A stretch of DNA of 64,000 nt from Azolla caroliniana (GCA_043228905.1 JBHGNT010000003.1:12338001-12402000), one strand, 5' to 3'. Counted from the first letter of the stretch, positions 47,401-59,770 are shown. Program-made: numbers and translations. The notes: generated by a model not told the origin, from the sequence alone.

Positions 47401-50168
47401 CCATTGATCCGTTCTAAAAGACTTGAGATAAGGGAAAGAGCATACCTATTCCTGATTGTAACCTTATTCAGGCCACGGTAACCTACAACAAGACGAAGCG
47501 ATCCATCCTTTTTCTTGACGAAGAAAATGGGCGCGCCGGCTAGAGATTTTGAATGCCGAATGAAACCATTTTCCAAATTCTCCTCTATATAGGCCCGAAG
47601 GACATCCAGCTTGGTTGGTGACAAATTGTAGATCGGTCCCCATGGCGGCTCTTTTTCCGGTTGTAAATCGATGGAGCAATCGTACGGTCGATGATGAGGA
47701 AGTGTGTTGGCTTGTACTTTATCGAACACATCGGCATAATGACGATACTTCTCGGGAAGTTGAACGGTGGATTCTTCTTTAGTGGTGCTAGAGGGGTTTA
47801 CTGATATTGCAAAGAGGAACATTTCCTCCTTGCGCCCTTCTTTACGCAACTGATGTAGCGAAATGGTTGCCATCTTCTGAGTTGACCCTTGGGTTTGTCG
47901 ACACCGGATTTCTCTTGTTCTCCAATCTATGTCTGGGATGTTCTGGGATACTAATAATATTAAATGATACTACACATGCTAAGTTATCTAGGACAATATT
48001 AATGGGCTCTGACTCTTCTATGATATTTCCGGAAGCAATGGGACGTCCATCAATGACTACTACAGAGGCTGAACACTGGAGTTTTCTTAGGGATATCTTA
48101 TGAGCTTGAGCAAATTTCTTATCCCTAAAGCAAGAGTTAGCTCCGGAATCTAGGAGTGCTAGGACATGTATTAGAGGGGTACTTTTAGTACTAACTATTA
48201 CTTGGGCTACGAACACATCACTAACTTTCTTAGAGGGAATGGAACCACTAATGGGCTGCACAGATCTAGGGCTGTCCAACCAAACGGCTCCTATTTTGGC
48301 TGGACTTAGTCGTTTAACTCTTCTTCTAACTGACTAAGGACATCAAATCTGTTCGCTAGATCTAGGCTATTAGTACTATTAGGACGATCAGATATCCCTA
48401 CTGAAATAGGCTCGGGTTTAGTACAATTAGAACTAGCGACTATTTGGTTTACCTGTCTTCTTGGTCTATGGGGGCAATTTATTGCAATATGTCCTAGTCC
48501 ACCGCAGTAAAGACATAGTCGATTTGTACGGCGTCGTTGCTTTTCTTCTTCGGATAATGGCCCTCGACGACGTGTAGTGTCAATCTCCATCGGAGTCAGA
48601 GTATTCGCTGGAGGCGCATTATATGACTCCCTCGGAAAAGGTCTTGCTACCATTGAGGCGTAGGTGGACTCTGATCTTGCCCTCGGCATCTGTAGCTGTC
48701 GTTCCGAACGTCGCTCAAAGAGGAGGTTGTCACATCTCACCGCGCGACTGATTGCTTCTGTTAAGGACTTTGGCTCTTCAGGGAAGGTCAAGAGTAAATC
48801 CTTGACGTCGTTGCATAAACCATAACGGAATTGCTCCATCAACGCTTGATCATCCCAAGGGATATCGGCGGCGAGTAGGCGAAAATTTGCAGCGTATGCG
48901 GAGGCTGGACGGTCACCTTGGCGTAATCGCCGAATTTTGTTGATTGCGGTCCTGATGCTGTCAATATCTCCGAAACATGCTTTAAACTCACCTAGAAACT
49001 CTTCAAAATTGTTGAGTAATGGAGATTCCTTTTCTAATAGCGGAGCGAACCATGCCAACGCTGAGCCACTTAACAAAGTGCCTACTAAACCCACTCGTGA
49101 TGCATCGGTGGGATATCGGGAAGGATGCATTTGAATAACTAATCGTACCTGGTTAAGGAACCCTCTAAATTACAATCGCGTTCCATTGAACTTCGTGGGA
49201 AGGCCAATCTTGGGTTCTCTATGAATCCCTTGTGTTTCGGGCCCTTGTTGTTGCATTGCTACGATGGTTGCTTCGAGTTGTTGCACGCGTAACGCAAGTT
49301 CCCCATGTTGTTGTTGCGTTTGCTGCTTTTCTAAGGAGATTTGTTGAAGATCCCCCAGCAACCGTTGGTTTTCTTGTTCCAAAGCATGGAACTTCTCTTT
49401 CAAGCATTGAAATTCCGAGAAAACAGATTGATATTCTTCAGCGCTAACAGTGGCCATGGGATGAAAGAAAAGAGGAATAAGAGATTAGTAGGAAATGAGA
49501 GAGACAAAAGGTAGGGAAAATCGGTTCAAACTGTCAGGAACAGTACTAAGACAGAGAATGAATTAGTACTAAAAGAAGTATTAGTACTACGAGAGGTGAA
49601 GAACTCTCGAGAGAAGGAAAGAGTGAGTGAGAGGGAGGGAGAGAGAGATCGAGAGAGAGAGAGAGAGAGAGAGAGAGTGATGATAAGAAAAGATATATAT
49701 TATGTGAAGAAAATGTACAGTAGCTAGGAGGCTTAAGACTGGCGTTGAACCGATTTGGTTCGAAATAATGCCTTGTCCCTCCTTTTATAGTGTTCTAAGG
49801 AATACTCCTGAAGTTTCTAGAATGTTCCAGAGAAATCTGCAATATACATCAATTTTCTATAATAAAACATAAAAGATAATAATATTCTACGTATTACAAT
49901 GCATAGTCTAATGGTCAAGAGCTCGACCCATGTAGCATAAGGTCATGGGTGGTTCGAGTCTTGCCATATCATGACACCAGGCAACATGACGTGGACCCAT
50001 TGAAGCCACGGAAGTTGTTATTGCACACTTCGAGGTTTGGGCAACCTAGACGTCTCCATGTTTCGAAGGAGAAAAGGGTTAGCGATGCTCCTGTGTCGAT
50101 TACCGCCGTCAAAGGCATGTCGTCGACACAGCATTGTAGTTGTATTGTTCCATCATTAGAGTTGGCCG
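44404..50168. repeat. 2881-bp tandem duplication (partial RT, protease, gag, 5' LTR and ~190 bp of flank)
   Basis: 44404-47287 equals 47285-50168, with CCG microhomology at the junction. At least two substitutions (KKFSD/KKVSD, YQFV/YQSV). Confidence 0.95.
46637..46648 (-). promoter_or_regulatory. Self-priming-type PBS of the chromovirus
   Basis: PBS TTGAACCGATTT is the exact complement of LTR sequence AAATCGGTTCAA (46875-46864), which begins 33 nt after TATAAAA (46908). Confidence 0.8.
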
Positions 50169-50178
50169 CCCGAGCCAT
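49977..50178 (-). pseudogene. N-terminal half of a second retropepsin-type aspartic protease (duplicated in part at 47096-47287)
   Basis: ATG 25 nt after the pol stop. [51 protein letters not shown]. Confidence 0.8.
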
Positions 50179-50202
50179 GGCTGTCGGATGGGCGTGTCCC
50201 TG

Positions 50203-53200
50203 TCACTTCAATTTCGCTTGCGTATTGCGTAGGTCGGTTTCGAGTCGGGCCATTCGGCCTTCGGAGGCTTTAAGTTTGGCCTCTACCTCTCGTTGTCGAG
50301 CCGTGAGTAGAGCCTCGAGTGTGAGGGGTCCATAGTAACGTTTGAGCTTGCTCCCATTAATGAACCCGGGGATGTCAAAACCTTCGATCGTGCGTAGGCG
50401 ACATGCTCCTGTCTTGGTAATCTCCGAAACCACATACGGGCCTTCACCCCGTAACTTCAACTTCTTCTTGTGTCGTTGAGAGGAGAATTTGGAGGCCATG
50501 TCGCCTTCCGCGAGGTCTTTGTTCTTGACTTTATTGTCGTGCCACACCTTTCTATTGGCTTTCTCTGCCAAGAGTGCCTGGAATGCGAGAAGGCGAGTTT
50601 CTGTCAGTCGTTCTAGGTTCTCTAGGTGTGACGGGTGGGGGTCCCCTTCCCATCGTTCGTGTACAGCGATCCTGAGGCTGGGGACAAGGAACTCGATGGG
50701 TAATACTGCTTCTTGCCCGTACACCAGTTTGAATGGTGTGTGGCGAGTTGCGACTTTGTAGGAAGTACAGAAAGCCCATAATGCTGCTTGGAGTTTGGTG
50801 CTCCAATCAAATCGTGAGGCAGCAACTATCTTTGTGAGTACTGCACATAGCACCTTATTCGTGCTTTCTGCTTGTCCGTTGCATCGAGGGTAATAAGGAG
50901 AACTTTTGCGGTGTGTCACCATAAACTCGCCTAATAAATGTGCTATAACCTCGTTTAGGAAATGGGAGCCTTGGTCACTAATGATTTCGAGCGGACATCC
51001 AAACCGTACGATGACATTTTCATATAGGAATTTGGCAGTACTACGCGTGTCGGCGTTAACGCAAGCTTTAGCTTCAACCCACTTGGTGGCGTAGTCGATG
51101 GCGATTATTAGGTATCGGTTGAGGTTGGAAGCTGGGCTGATTGGGCCGATAAAGTCGATACCCCATTTCTCGAATGGTTGCCATGCCACCACCGAGTTTA
51201 ACGTATTAAAATCCGCTTTTAGCGGGTGTTTGAAACGTTGACACTCGTCACAGCGACGTACGTACATGTATGTGTGTTTGAGGAGTGTTGGCCACCATAG
51301 GCCGGACTGAAGGATCTTGCACGCAGTGGTCTCATGTTTGAAATGACCACTTCCGCTCCCGCAATGAGCATGTTCGAGGGTGGTGACGACGTCATGGTCT
51401 GTTATACACCTCCGAAGTAGATCGTCGTTACCCCGACGGTACAGATTGCCTCGGAGCATCGTGAAGGGGCCACATTTCTTTAGCAAGGCACGCACGTGTG
51501 TTTGTGGTAGTTGTTTTAGGAAGGACGCTCCTTTGGTTAGGACGCAAACTATGTTTGATGCCCATGCTGGTACGGTATCGATCGCGAATAATGTTGCATC
51601 TGGTGTTTCATCATCGACCCCAGTGGCTTCTTCTCCGTTGGGAATCCGGGAGAAATGATCGGCGAGTACATGGTCCTTGCCTTTTCTCACTACTACCTTG
51701 AAGTCGAATTCAAGTAACGTTACGATCCATCGTGAGATGCGTCTAGTGGCGTGAGTTTTGTTTACTAAGTAGAGTAGGGCCTGATGGTCTACAAAAAACG
51801 AGAACCGGGACGCCAACAGGTAGTGGTGGAATTTCTTTACGTTGTAGACCATGGCATTTAGCTGGTGACTAGCGAAGGTGACCGGTAGGTCGAGTGCCCC
51901 TTCACCGGGTTGGGCTAGCACTACACCAATCGCGAAGACGGAAGCATCGGTGTGCACGTGGAATTCTTTGGTCCAGTCGGGAGGCCGGAGGATGGGGGCC
52001 TTAGTTAGGCACTCTTTCAAGAGCTTGAAGGAGTGTGTGCATTCTTCTGTCCACACGAACTGCTTTAATAGGGAGTAGAGTGGTCTAGCCTTGTCCGCGA
52101 ACATCTTAATGAAGCGTTTATAGTAACCCGCGTATCCCATGAACCCTTGTAGTTGTTTCTCGTTTGTGGGGGGTGGCATGTCGAGGATGAGTTTTACTTT
52201 TGCCTCATCAGTCGAGATCCTGTGGCGGGACACGACGTGTCCTAATATTATTCCGTGCTTGTCCCAGAACTGACACTTGAGCGGGTTGAGAGAGAGTTGA
52301 TAGGTTCTGCATTTTTCGAACGTCAAACAGAGTAGCCCCAAGTGGTCATGCCATTTCGAATTGCAACATAAGTCGTCAACATAAGACTCCACCCCTTGTC
52401 GTAACCTTGCGGCAAAGATATGGTCCGCCGCTCTTTGGTAGGTGCTCAAGGCGCTCGTGAGTCCGAAAGGCATCTCTTTATATGCGAACGTACCAAATTC
52501 TGTGGCGAAAGCTGTCTTGTGTTGATCCTTAGGGACCACCGAGATTTGGTTGTACCCGGAGAACCCGTCGATGAAGCTATACGCTTCTGCTCTCGTGGTT
52601 CTTTCGAGTAAATGTTCGATGTAGGGTACCGAGTAATTGTTCTTGATAGTGGCTTCGTTAACTTGGCGGTAGTCTACACATATGCGGATCTGGCCGTTTT
52701 TCTTTGGGACGACCACAATTGGGGAGACCCAAGTAGTTCGTTCAATTGGGTAGATAATGCCTGCAGCTAACATTTTGTTGATTTCGGCTTTCACTTGTTC
52801 GGCGTAGTTAGGATTCATTGGACGTGGCCTTTGCGGGATTGGGCGGGCGTCGGCTCGCATGGGGATACTATGTGTGGTGACTTCAGCTGGGACTCCCTTC
52901 ATGTCGATGTACGACCATGCAAACGCGTCACTAAATTCCGTGAGGAGAGTGATCAAGGACGCCTCCTCGTCAGGTTGGAGATCTGTAGCTATGAACACCG
53001 GTTTGGAGTCTGCCCCTTTCCCAAGGTTGATTTCTTTCACCCTTTCTGGTCCATCATAGACTTCTCTTAGGCCTTGGGGGTTGCGCTGCGGTCTCTTACA
53101 AGCCACTACCCTACTCCCTTGTTCGTAGAGTTTGAAATGCTCTGGGAAGTCCGCTTCCATCACAGCCTCTTGAGTGGTCGTGACGTCACCTGGACGTGTG

Positions 53201-53930
53201 ACTCGTTGTACCAATTTTTCGTCCTCTACATCTACGTCTTTTCGCCGGAGACCTAGGGTGGTGACGTTGAAGCACGAGATTGTCTCTCCGTTCTCGTCAC
53301 AACACTTTGTACCTATAGGGTACATTGCGTCGGTTGTGGCGAGAGCATGCACCCAACTCATTTCTGTCGTCTCGGAGGTGACGGATTGGTCATCTCTCTC
53401 ACGTGTGTTCTCCTCTTTGGAAGTGGTGGGGCTTTGAGGAAAGTGTTGGCCTCTGGTCAAGAGTTGAATTGTCTTCGTGGGGTTGCACGCTAGGAGGTTG
53501 GTCTCGAACTCTATGGTTTTTGACCAATCATCTACGAGAGGGCTGCCTTCTTGTTCATGCACTTTTTGTGTGTACGCTTTGATGCGAAAGGTTTTGTTAT
53601 CCTTTCGCATATAGATTATATCATTCCCAAAATCCATGACCAGGCGGCTTATACGTAGGAATGGTCTTTCTAGTAAGCACTCGTAGGCTACATGGTTGGA
53701 CGATCTTGTGACGACGAAGGTGAGATTGAACTTCACTCCGTGGATAGTGAAGTGATGTGCAGGAATCATGCCTTCCCGTCTTTGGATGGACCTGTCTGCC
53801 ATTCGTAGTTTGACATCGGAAGGCATCATTTTTGGGCTCCCCCACTTACGCCAACATTCGTAACTGACGATACTTACCCCTGCTCCGGTGTCAATGATGG
53901 CGTCACACGTCTTACCATTGACACAGACTG
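50203..53930 (-). CDS. Pol of the large gypsy (protease, RT, RNase H, integrase); 1208-aa open frame 50203-53829, with the protease active site frameshifted just upstream
   Basis: AIIDTGAGVS at ~53870-53900; CVDYRQVN, IDGFSGYNQI, SYVDDL; FHVHTDAS; HCGSGSGH..CDECQ; WGIDFIG; YYPRCNGQAE; EGPY. Confidence 0.93.
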
Positions 53931-56720
53931 GTAGAGTGAAACTAGTGTCGTCGCTTTCGAAGTGGGCTTCGTGGACATCGACTGGCGGTCTTCGGGTTGT
54001 TTGAGGACTGTGGACGTGTGAGGAGTGTGGGTGTGTATCCCTTCACCATATCCCACCGATAGGCCACCATTGAGGCGTCGGAGGACGTCGTGCCACGGTT
54101 GAACGTCGAGTTTGAGTAGTTCTTCGAGCGTGAACTCTATTTCTTTGGCGAGTAGAGGTCGTAGCAGGGGGTCGTCGGTGGTGAAGGTGCCAATGTAGCT
54201 CTGCACTTCGCGTAATGTGAGTCGCAATCTTAAATTTAAGATTTGTTGGAGTAGAGTTTTGTTGACCTCTTTGATCGAGGTAGGATGGCAAACGGGGGTG
54301 TCGGTTGGTGTGACAACGGGGGGAGGTGAGGGGTTTACCCATTCTTCTAGTTGCTCAAAGTTTAAGCTGGGGAGGCTAAGTGATTTTTTGAACTGTTCGT
54401 GGTGTATGAGTTTGATGTATTCTTCTACTTTTTGTTTCTCAGCTACTGGGTTTAGGTATGCCGCTAGGTGCGCTGGTAGTTCTTGATTCGGATTGACGGG
54501 TAATGTTTCTGTGTCTCCCTCCGGTTCTTGATCTTGTTTTGAGGTCTGCGTGGAATTATTCTTTCTAGATTTGCGTCTCTTACACGCGGTCACAGGGAGA
54601 CCTTGATCTTGGTATTTTAAATTGTGCAATACTCGTTGGGCTCGTGTGATGACATTGGCACCGATCGTGGATTGTACAATGGACAACAGATTTGTGCCGA
54701 TCCTTTTCTTCTTTTCCGGGCATTCAGGTACTAGGTGTTCTTTACCGCACCCTGGGCATGATGCTTCTCTTTGGAACCACTCGATGAGGTCTTGCGACTG
54801 TTGGGTGGGCCCTTGCGCCAGTGGTTACAGAGGCGTGTCAAGTGGGAGGTGTCGTGGTCGTTGGGCCATCCGGTTGTAGTACTCATGTTTGGTTGGGCAC
54901 TCGCTAACCATATGTGGGCCTTGGCAGTTGAAGCATTTCAATTCTGACCTCCTTAGACCATTGTTGTTGCGGTATCCCATAGGGTGTCCATGTTGTTCCC
55001 CTCTCAGGACGTACACTGGTATTTGGTCGCCTTCAAAATCCACGAAATGGGACAACACCTCTTCTTCAATGCCATACTCCCTGTACGGGTCTTCATATTC
55101 GGGGGTGCTCGCTCCAACCTGGGCTTGGTTATCTGTGCTATACTCCAGTTCAGCGAGGCGGGCACCGATGCGCGGTAGTGGGGGTTGTTGAGGGAGTATC
55201 GCTGGTAGTGGTGGACGGCTAAGTGGTGGGGGAGAGCGTGGGTGTTCCACCATTGGCGTTTGGCCGTACCTTCCAGTGGGGGCTTGCCAGCAATTCTCTT
55301 GCGTATGCATTACAAAAGCTTTGCACCACTTACAATATTGCGGTCGTCGTTGATGAAGGAGAGGACACTCATGTCCCGTGTGGTGTCCATGACATACCAT
55401 GCACCTTACATTTTCTCGTTAGGCGTATGCTTGGGGTCTTTATATACGGGGTGTTCGCGGTGGTGTGGGTAGAGCAGGGGTGGGGTTGGAGGATTTCTCG
55501 CGGTTGTTCGTGGGTGCGTGAGTGGGTATGTGTAATCCACTCATCGAATCTTCAAAGGTCATCACTACTGTGCAGGCTTCAGCAAACGATCGACACATCC
55601 TGGCAATTAGGAAATTTTGGAGTGTCGTATCAAACAACCCATTAATGAAACGGCTCATCAACTTGTCATCCGACATCTTGTCGTTTGGACTACAACGATG
55701 ATGCAGGCTTTTCGTGCAACGTATGTAGTCCCTGACCATTTCGTTCGCTTCTTGTTTGAGGGACAAAAGTTGGTCAATCGGGTTCCATTTATTCCCTCTA
55801 CGAGCGAAGTTTATCAAGAAATCCTCAATGACATACTTGAAATTGGCGGTCATGTCTTCATTCAAGGTTCAAAACCAGATTCCGGCTTGGTCATCAAGTG
55901 TGAGTCCAAACACGGCTACCTTGGTGATCTCTGTGAGGGGTTCATAAGCGCGGCAAATCTGTTTGAACCTCTCGACATGGTCATAGGCATCGCCGAAACC
56001 AAGGAAACGAGGTACTAGTTTAGAAACGGAAGCACTCTTCCCATTGTCATTTGTGAGGTTTCTCGGATGGTCTATGGGTGCTCGCTCTTTTTCCATCAAT
56101 GCTACGAGAGATTGTATGGATTGTCGCGCTAGTGCAAGTTCGGCGTTTGGAGGTGTAGGGGTAGCTTGGTCAGGTGTAGGGATTGTGCCCATGCGTGGTG
56201 GTGTCGGGTGTCGTTGTGCGCGGGTTTCGTTTGGGCTATCGCCCGTTGTGCTCGAACGCGGTACGGGGCTGTGCTCCTGACTTCGGCGGTGTATGTGCGA
56301 CGATGTTTCTAGGCAGTGAAGTTTTTGTTGCACTCGTGCGAATCTATCCTTCCTTTCTGCCAAAGCGGCTTCGATATCTCGAGTGGTGCTTTCCGGTTGT
56401 CCTCCTTTCGCAAGTTGTACCGTCCATAGATTGATTTCATGTTCTATCACCCGTAACTCTTGCGCTGCGTCTCGTATATGTCGTTCTACACTGAGTGGGT
56501 CTGCCATTGGGCTCTCTTGTAGTGGGGGCGTGTTGAGAAGTGCTTTAGTTCCTGGGCTCGATGGGAGGTTCATGTTTGGTAGTATCCCCGGAGTTAGCCA
56601 CCCTTCGTGGTACTGAGTCGGGTTAGGTGGGCCAACATCGTGGGTTTGGTCGGTTTGCGTGGACTCTTCCAGGCGTGGGGGTCGGGTTTTGAACATTTCT
56701 ATCCATGAGGATCCGGCCAT
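53874..56720 (-). pseudogene. Gag of the large gypsy (coiled-coil N-terminus, capsid, four zinc-knuckle-like motifs), with stops
   Basis: ORFs 55869-56720, 55440-55865 (LKQEANEMVRDY..FINGL), 54825-55400 (CKWCKAFVMHTQENC, CFNCQGPHMVSEC) and 53874-54686. Confidence 0.85.
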
Positions 56721-56745
56721 GTTTTCTGGTCAAGCTTTTTTATAG

Positions 56746-57077
56746 GTTCGTCGAAGGATGAATCTTCGTCGAAGGGTGAATCTTCGTCGAAGGATGAATC
56801 TTCGTCGAAGGATGAAGATTGGTCGCAGGTTGAATCTTCGTCGAAGGATGAATCTTCGTCTAAGGATGAAGATTCGTCGCAGGTTGAATCTTCGTCGACG
56901 GATGAATGTTCGTCGAAGGTTGAATGTTCGTCGAAGGGTGAATCTTCGTCGAAGGGTGAATCTTCGTCTAAGGATGAATCTTCGTCGCAGGTTGAATCTT
57001 CGTCGAAGGGTGAATCTTCGTCGAAGGGTGAGTCTTCGTCGTAGGTTGAATCTTCGTCGAAGGGTGAATCTTCGTTG
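56746..57077. repeat. 18-bp tandem repeat (about 18 copies, TCTTCGTCGAAGGRTGAA) directly upstream of gag
   Basis: Direct reading of the sequence. Confidence 0.95.
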
Positions 57078-57219
57078 AGCTTTGCATGGGAAATTCAAAC
57101 TTTTTGGCGCCAACGTTGCTTCGTGACCCGTGGAGTGATCGTAAGCCGCGAGACTTGTGGTGAGTATGCTTGCCCCGTAACGGCCTAATCTCCACGATGT
57201 TTAATGTTAACCGAGCGAA

Positions 57220-57434
57220 TGAACAAAAAATGGACTTAATTAAAATGAAAAAAAAACAGAAAATGGAACTTAATTAAACTATGAAATGATGAAAAAAACA
57301 GAAAATGGAACTTAATTAAACTATGAAATGATGAAAAAAACAGAAAATGGAACTTAATTAAACTATGAAATGATGAAAAAACAGAAAATGGAACTTAATT
57401 AAACTATGAAATGATGAAAAAAAACAGAAAATGG
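57220..57434. repeat. About 41-bp tandem repeat (about 5 copies) in the 5' UTR
   Basis: AAAAACAGAAAATGGAACTTAATTAAACTATGAAATGATG repeated. Confidence 0.92.
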
Positions 57435-57520
57435 TGGTTCTCTTGTGATTTCTTCCTTTGTTGAGTGGTTTGCCTCCGAGTTTTTGACTACTCGAAAATG
57501 GGCTTCAAGCGTCGGTCGTA

Positions 57521-57538
57521 TCCCCGGCAGCGGCGCCA
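57521..57538 (-). promoter_or_regulatory. tRNA-Asp-type PBS TGGCGCCGCTGCCGGGGA
   Basis: One mismatch from the Athila-type PBS TGGCGCCGTTGCCGGGGA, 6 nt from the LTR end. Confidence 0.85.
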
Positions 57539-57544
57539 AATAGA

Positions 57545-58001
57545 TGTTAAGGATCTATGTATCGATAGAGTAAGCTCCTCGATGTCGTGCGGGATTCGGA
57601 CCGGCGTATACCCTCTTAATGGTGAATCGGGCGGAGATGGTTGTCAGATACCTCTGAGCCTCACACTCACTCAACGATTAGTAAATGATTAAGCATGATA
57701 TCTCTCTCAATCTCTCAAGCTCTCTCTCATAAACAATAGATCAATAGTATAGACAATAAAAAGCAAGAGTATGTCTATTATTAACCCTCTTTGCTAAGAG
57801 GTCTAGCACCAACAAGGAGAGAGATTAGTGTTCTCTAACTCAACACTTCACTAATCTCTCTTAAGCTCAAAGGTTTACAAGAAAGAGGAGAGGAAGCTCT
57901 AGCTCTAATCAATAGGAGATCTTTACAAATGGGAGAACCCTCACAAAGCCACTACTATGTGGTTTATATAGCTTTCACGTTTAGGGTATGGGCCTTTCAC
58001 A
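57545..58001 (-). repeat. 5' LTR of the large gypsy (TGTGAAAG..TTAACA)
   Basis: TG/CA ends, adjacent PBS, TATA-like TATATAAA at ~57963-57970. No partner LTR is present, so the outer end is inferred. Confidence 0.7.
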
Positions 58002-58827
58002 TTTGGCCGTCTCTTTGCTTTCCTTTCCTCTTGCCATTTCCTCTTCATACTACGTCCTTGTTGATGCGTTCTTATTCGTGACTGGTTGTGTTGTTATCCC
58101 AACACTTAACAGATCCGCCTTGTGCCTTCCTGAAGCTTCTAGTTCTATTATCGCTAGTTCCGGTGTCGGTATATTATCTGATTCCTCGTCCTCTGGTCTG
58201 TCTGAGGTGTCGTGACTATTGCGGTAATTCGAATGTGCATTGTACTCGCCGTCCGAATCCGATTCAAACGTTGAAAATGGTTCTGAATCGCCATTTCCCA
58301 CTGCTAATGCCTGCAAGATGGATTCCGCTTCCTTCAAACTACTTAAACTACTTCCTTCATTTGGATGGGAATTTTGCTGCAAACGGAGTGACTCTGTGGC
58401 CACTCGCTGGATCACCTTTGAAAAGGATCGATCCGCGCGGATTTCATCTGCCACTTGGTGGTACGCTTCGTGCTTCCGCAGTCTTCGGCGAGTCATCTCG
58501 CTCGCTCTATTGTTGGGTCGTTTGTTGGTCTAGTCATCCATGCCCCCCCGTTGTTCACTACGCTTTAGTAGGAATCGTGGTCGCCAAAAACTGTGTTACT
58601 CCTTGGGGCAGGACTAGCCCTAACACAGGGTGTCCCTCTAGGACACTTCACCAAACCGGTGGTGCAAGTGGGGTAGGCGTAGACTGTGATACAAACGTAT
58701 TTCCTAACCAGCTACTAACTGGCCTTGTTAAGGATCGTAATACACGGATAAGATAGATTCTATTAAGCACAGAACGGTAATTAACTAAAGCTTCAAGATT
58801 AAACAAGATGTAGAACAACAACACTTT
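58002..58827 (-). mobile_element. 5' fragment of a Phygy-like gypsy: truncated LTR 58594-58827, PBS, gag N-terminal extension
   Basis: EIRADRSFSKVIQRVATESL..FESDSDGEYN is homologous to 30100-30400. Same PBS GGAATCGTGGTCGCCA. Confidence 0.88.
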
Positions 58828-59287
58828 GTCATTGCTTGTGATGATGCGTGTGTTAGCTTAGCATGCCAACAAACTGATTGGATTATTGACTCGCGAGCCT
58901 CATATCACATTACTCCATACCAAGAGATGTTCTCATCATATGACGGTCGTGACTTTGGCAAAGTCAAAATGGCTAACCCACTTCGGTGAAGGAAAATGGA
59001 AGCTCATCAAAGGCTCGCTAGTATTAGCAAGATTCCTAAAAGACAATTCCCTCTATGTAATGCATGCTATGGTGTCCAGTGGAGAGGTGAATGTTGCGGA
59101 TAAGGAAGTCCCTATTGAATTGTGGCACAAGAGACTTGGGCACATGAGTCAAAAAGGACTCGAGGTGCTAGCTAGAAAGAACATCCTACCTAAGATAAGA
59201 GGTATGCACTTAGAAACTTATGTTGATTGCTTGGCCGGCAAACAACACAGAGTTGCCTTTTAGCACCTGTCCCCCAAAAGAAAATTT

Positions 59288-59770
59288 TGTTACTCCTTGG
59301 GGCAGGACCAACCCTAACACAGGGTGTCCCTCTAGGACACTTCACCAAAGGGGTGGTGTAAGTAGGGTAGGCGTAGACCGTGATACAAACGTATTTCCTA
59401 ACCGGCTAATAACCGGCTACTAACCAGCCTGATTAAGGATCGTAATACATGCGTAAGATAGATTCTATTAAGCACAGAACAGTAATTAACTAAAGCTTCA
59501 AGATTAAACAAGATGTAGAACAACAACACTTTCATTAATAAACCGCTATCTGATCACAATCTAACCAGGTCCTTTTATAGGTCATCGGCTTTGGGTACGA
59601 ACCGGTGCCAACCAACAACCAGCCATGAACCGGTCCGGATCCGGATCGGCATACCGATTTCGGGTCCGTCCATTCGCTTCTCAAAATATAATAATTATAG
59701 ATAGTTCTAAAATAGTTATCCCTTTCCCATTCTGGACTTTATCCGTGTTTTAAGTCTTTGCCGTTCAACA
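59288..59770 (-). mobile_element. Solo LTR of the Phygy-like gypsy family
   Basis: TG..CA ends, perfect TSD AATTT, highly similar to 58594-58827 and related to 20394-20831. Confidence 0.93.

Larger units (their letters stand above)
13706..58001 (-). mobile_element. Large non-chromovirus Ty3/gypsy (Athila/Phygy-like), 3'-truncated, split into 13706-14591, 20102-20393, 30904-34411, 40057-41514 and 49977-58001
   Basis: 5' LTR 57545-58001, tRNA-Asp PBS, gag and pol. The pieces are joined by TSDs GGGTG, GGGTG, CAAGA and CCAGG, and reading frames are restored across the three coding junctions. No 3' LTR in the window. Confidence 0.8.

Noticed and set aside
56730-57113. Protamine-like Arg-rich proteins on both strands
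   Set aside because: By-product of an 18-bp tandem repeat that is open in several frames; no independent coding evidence.
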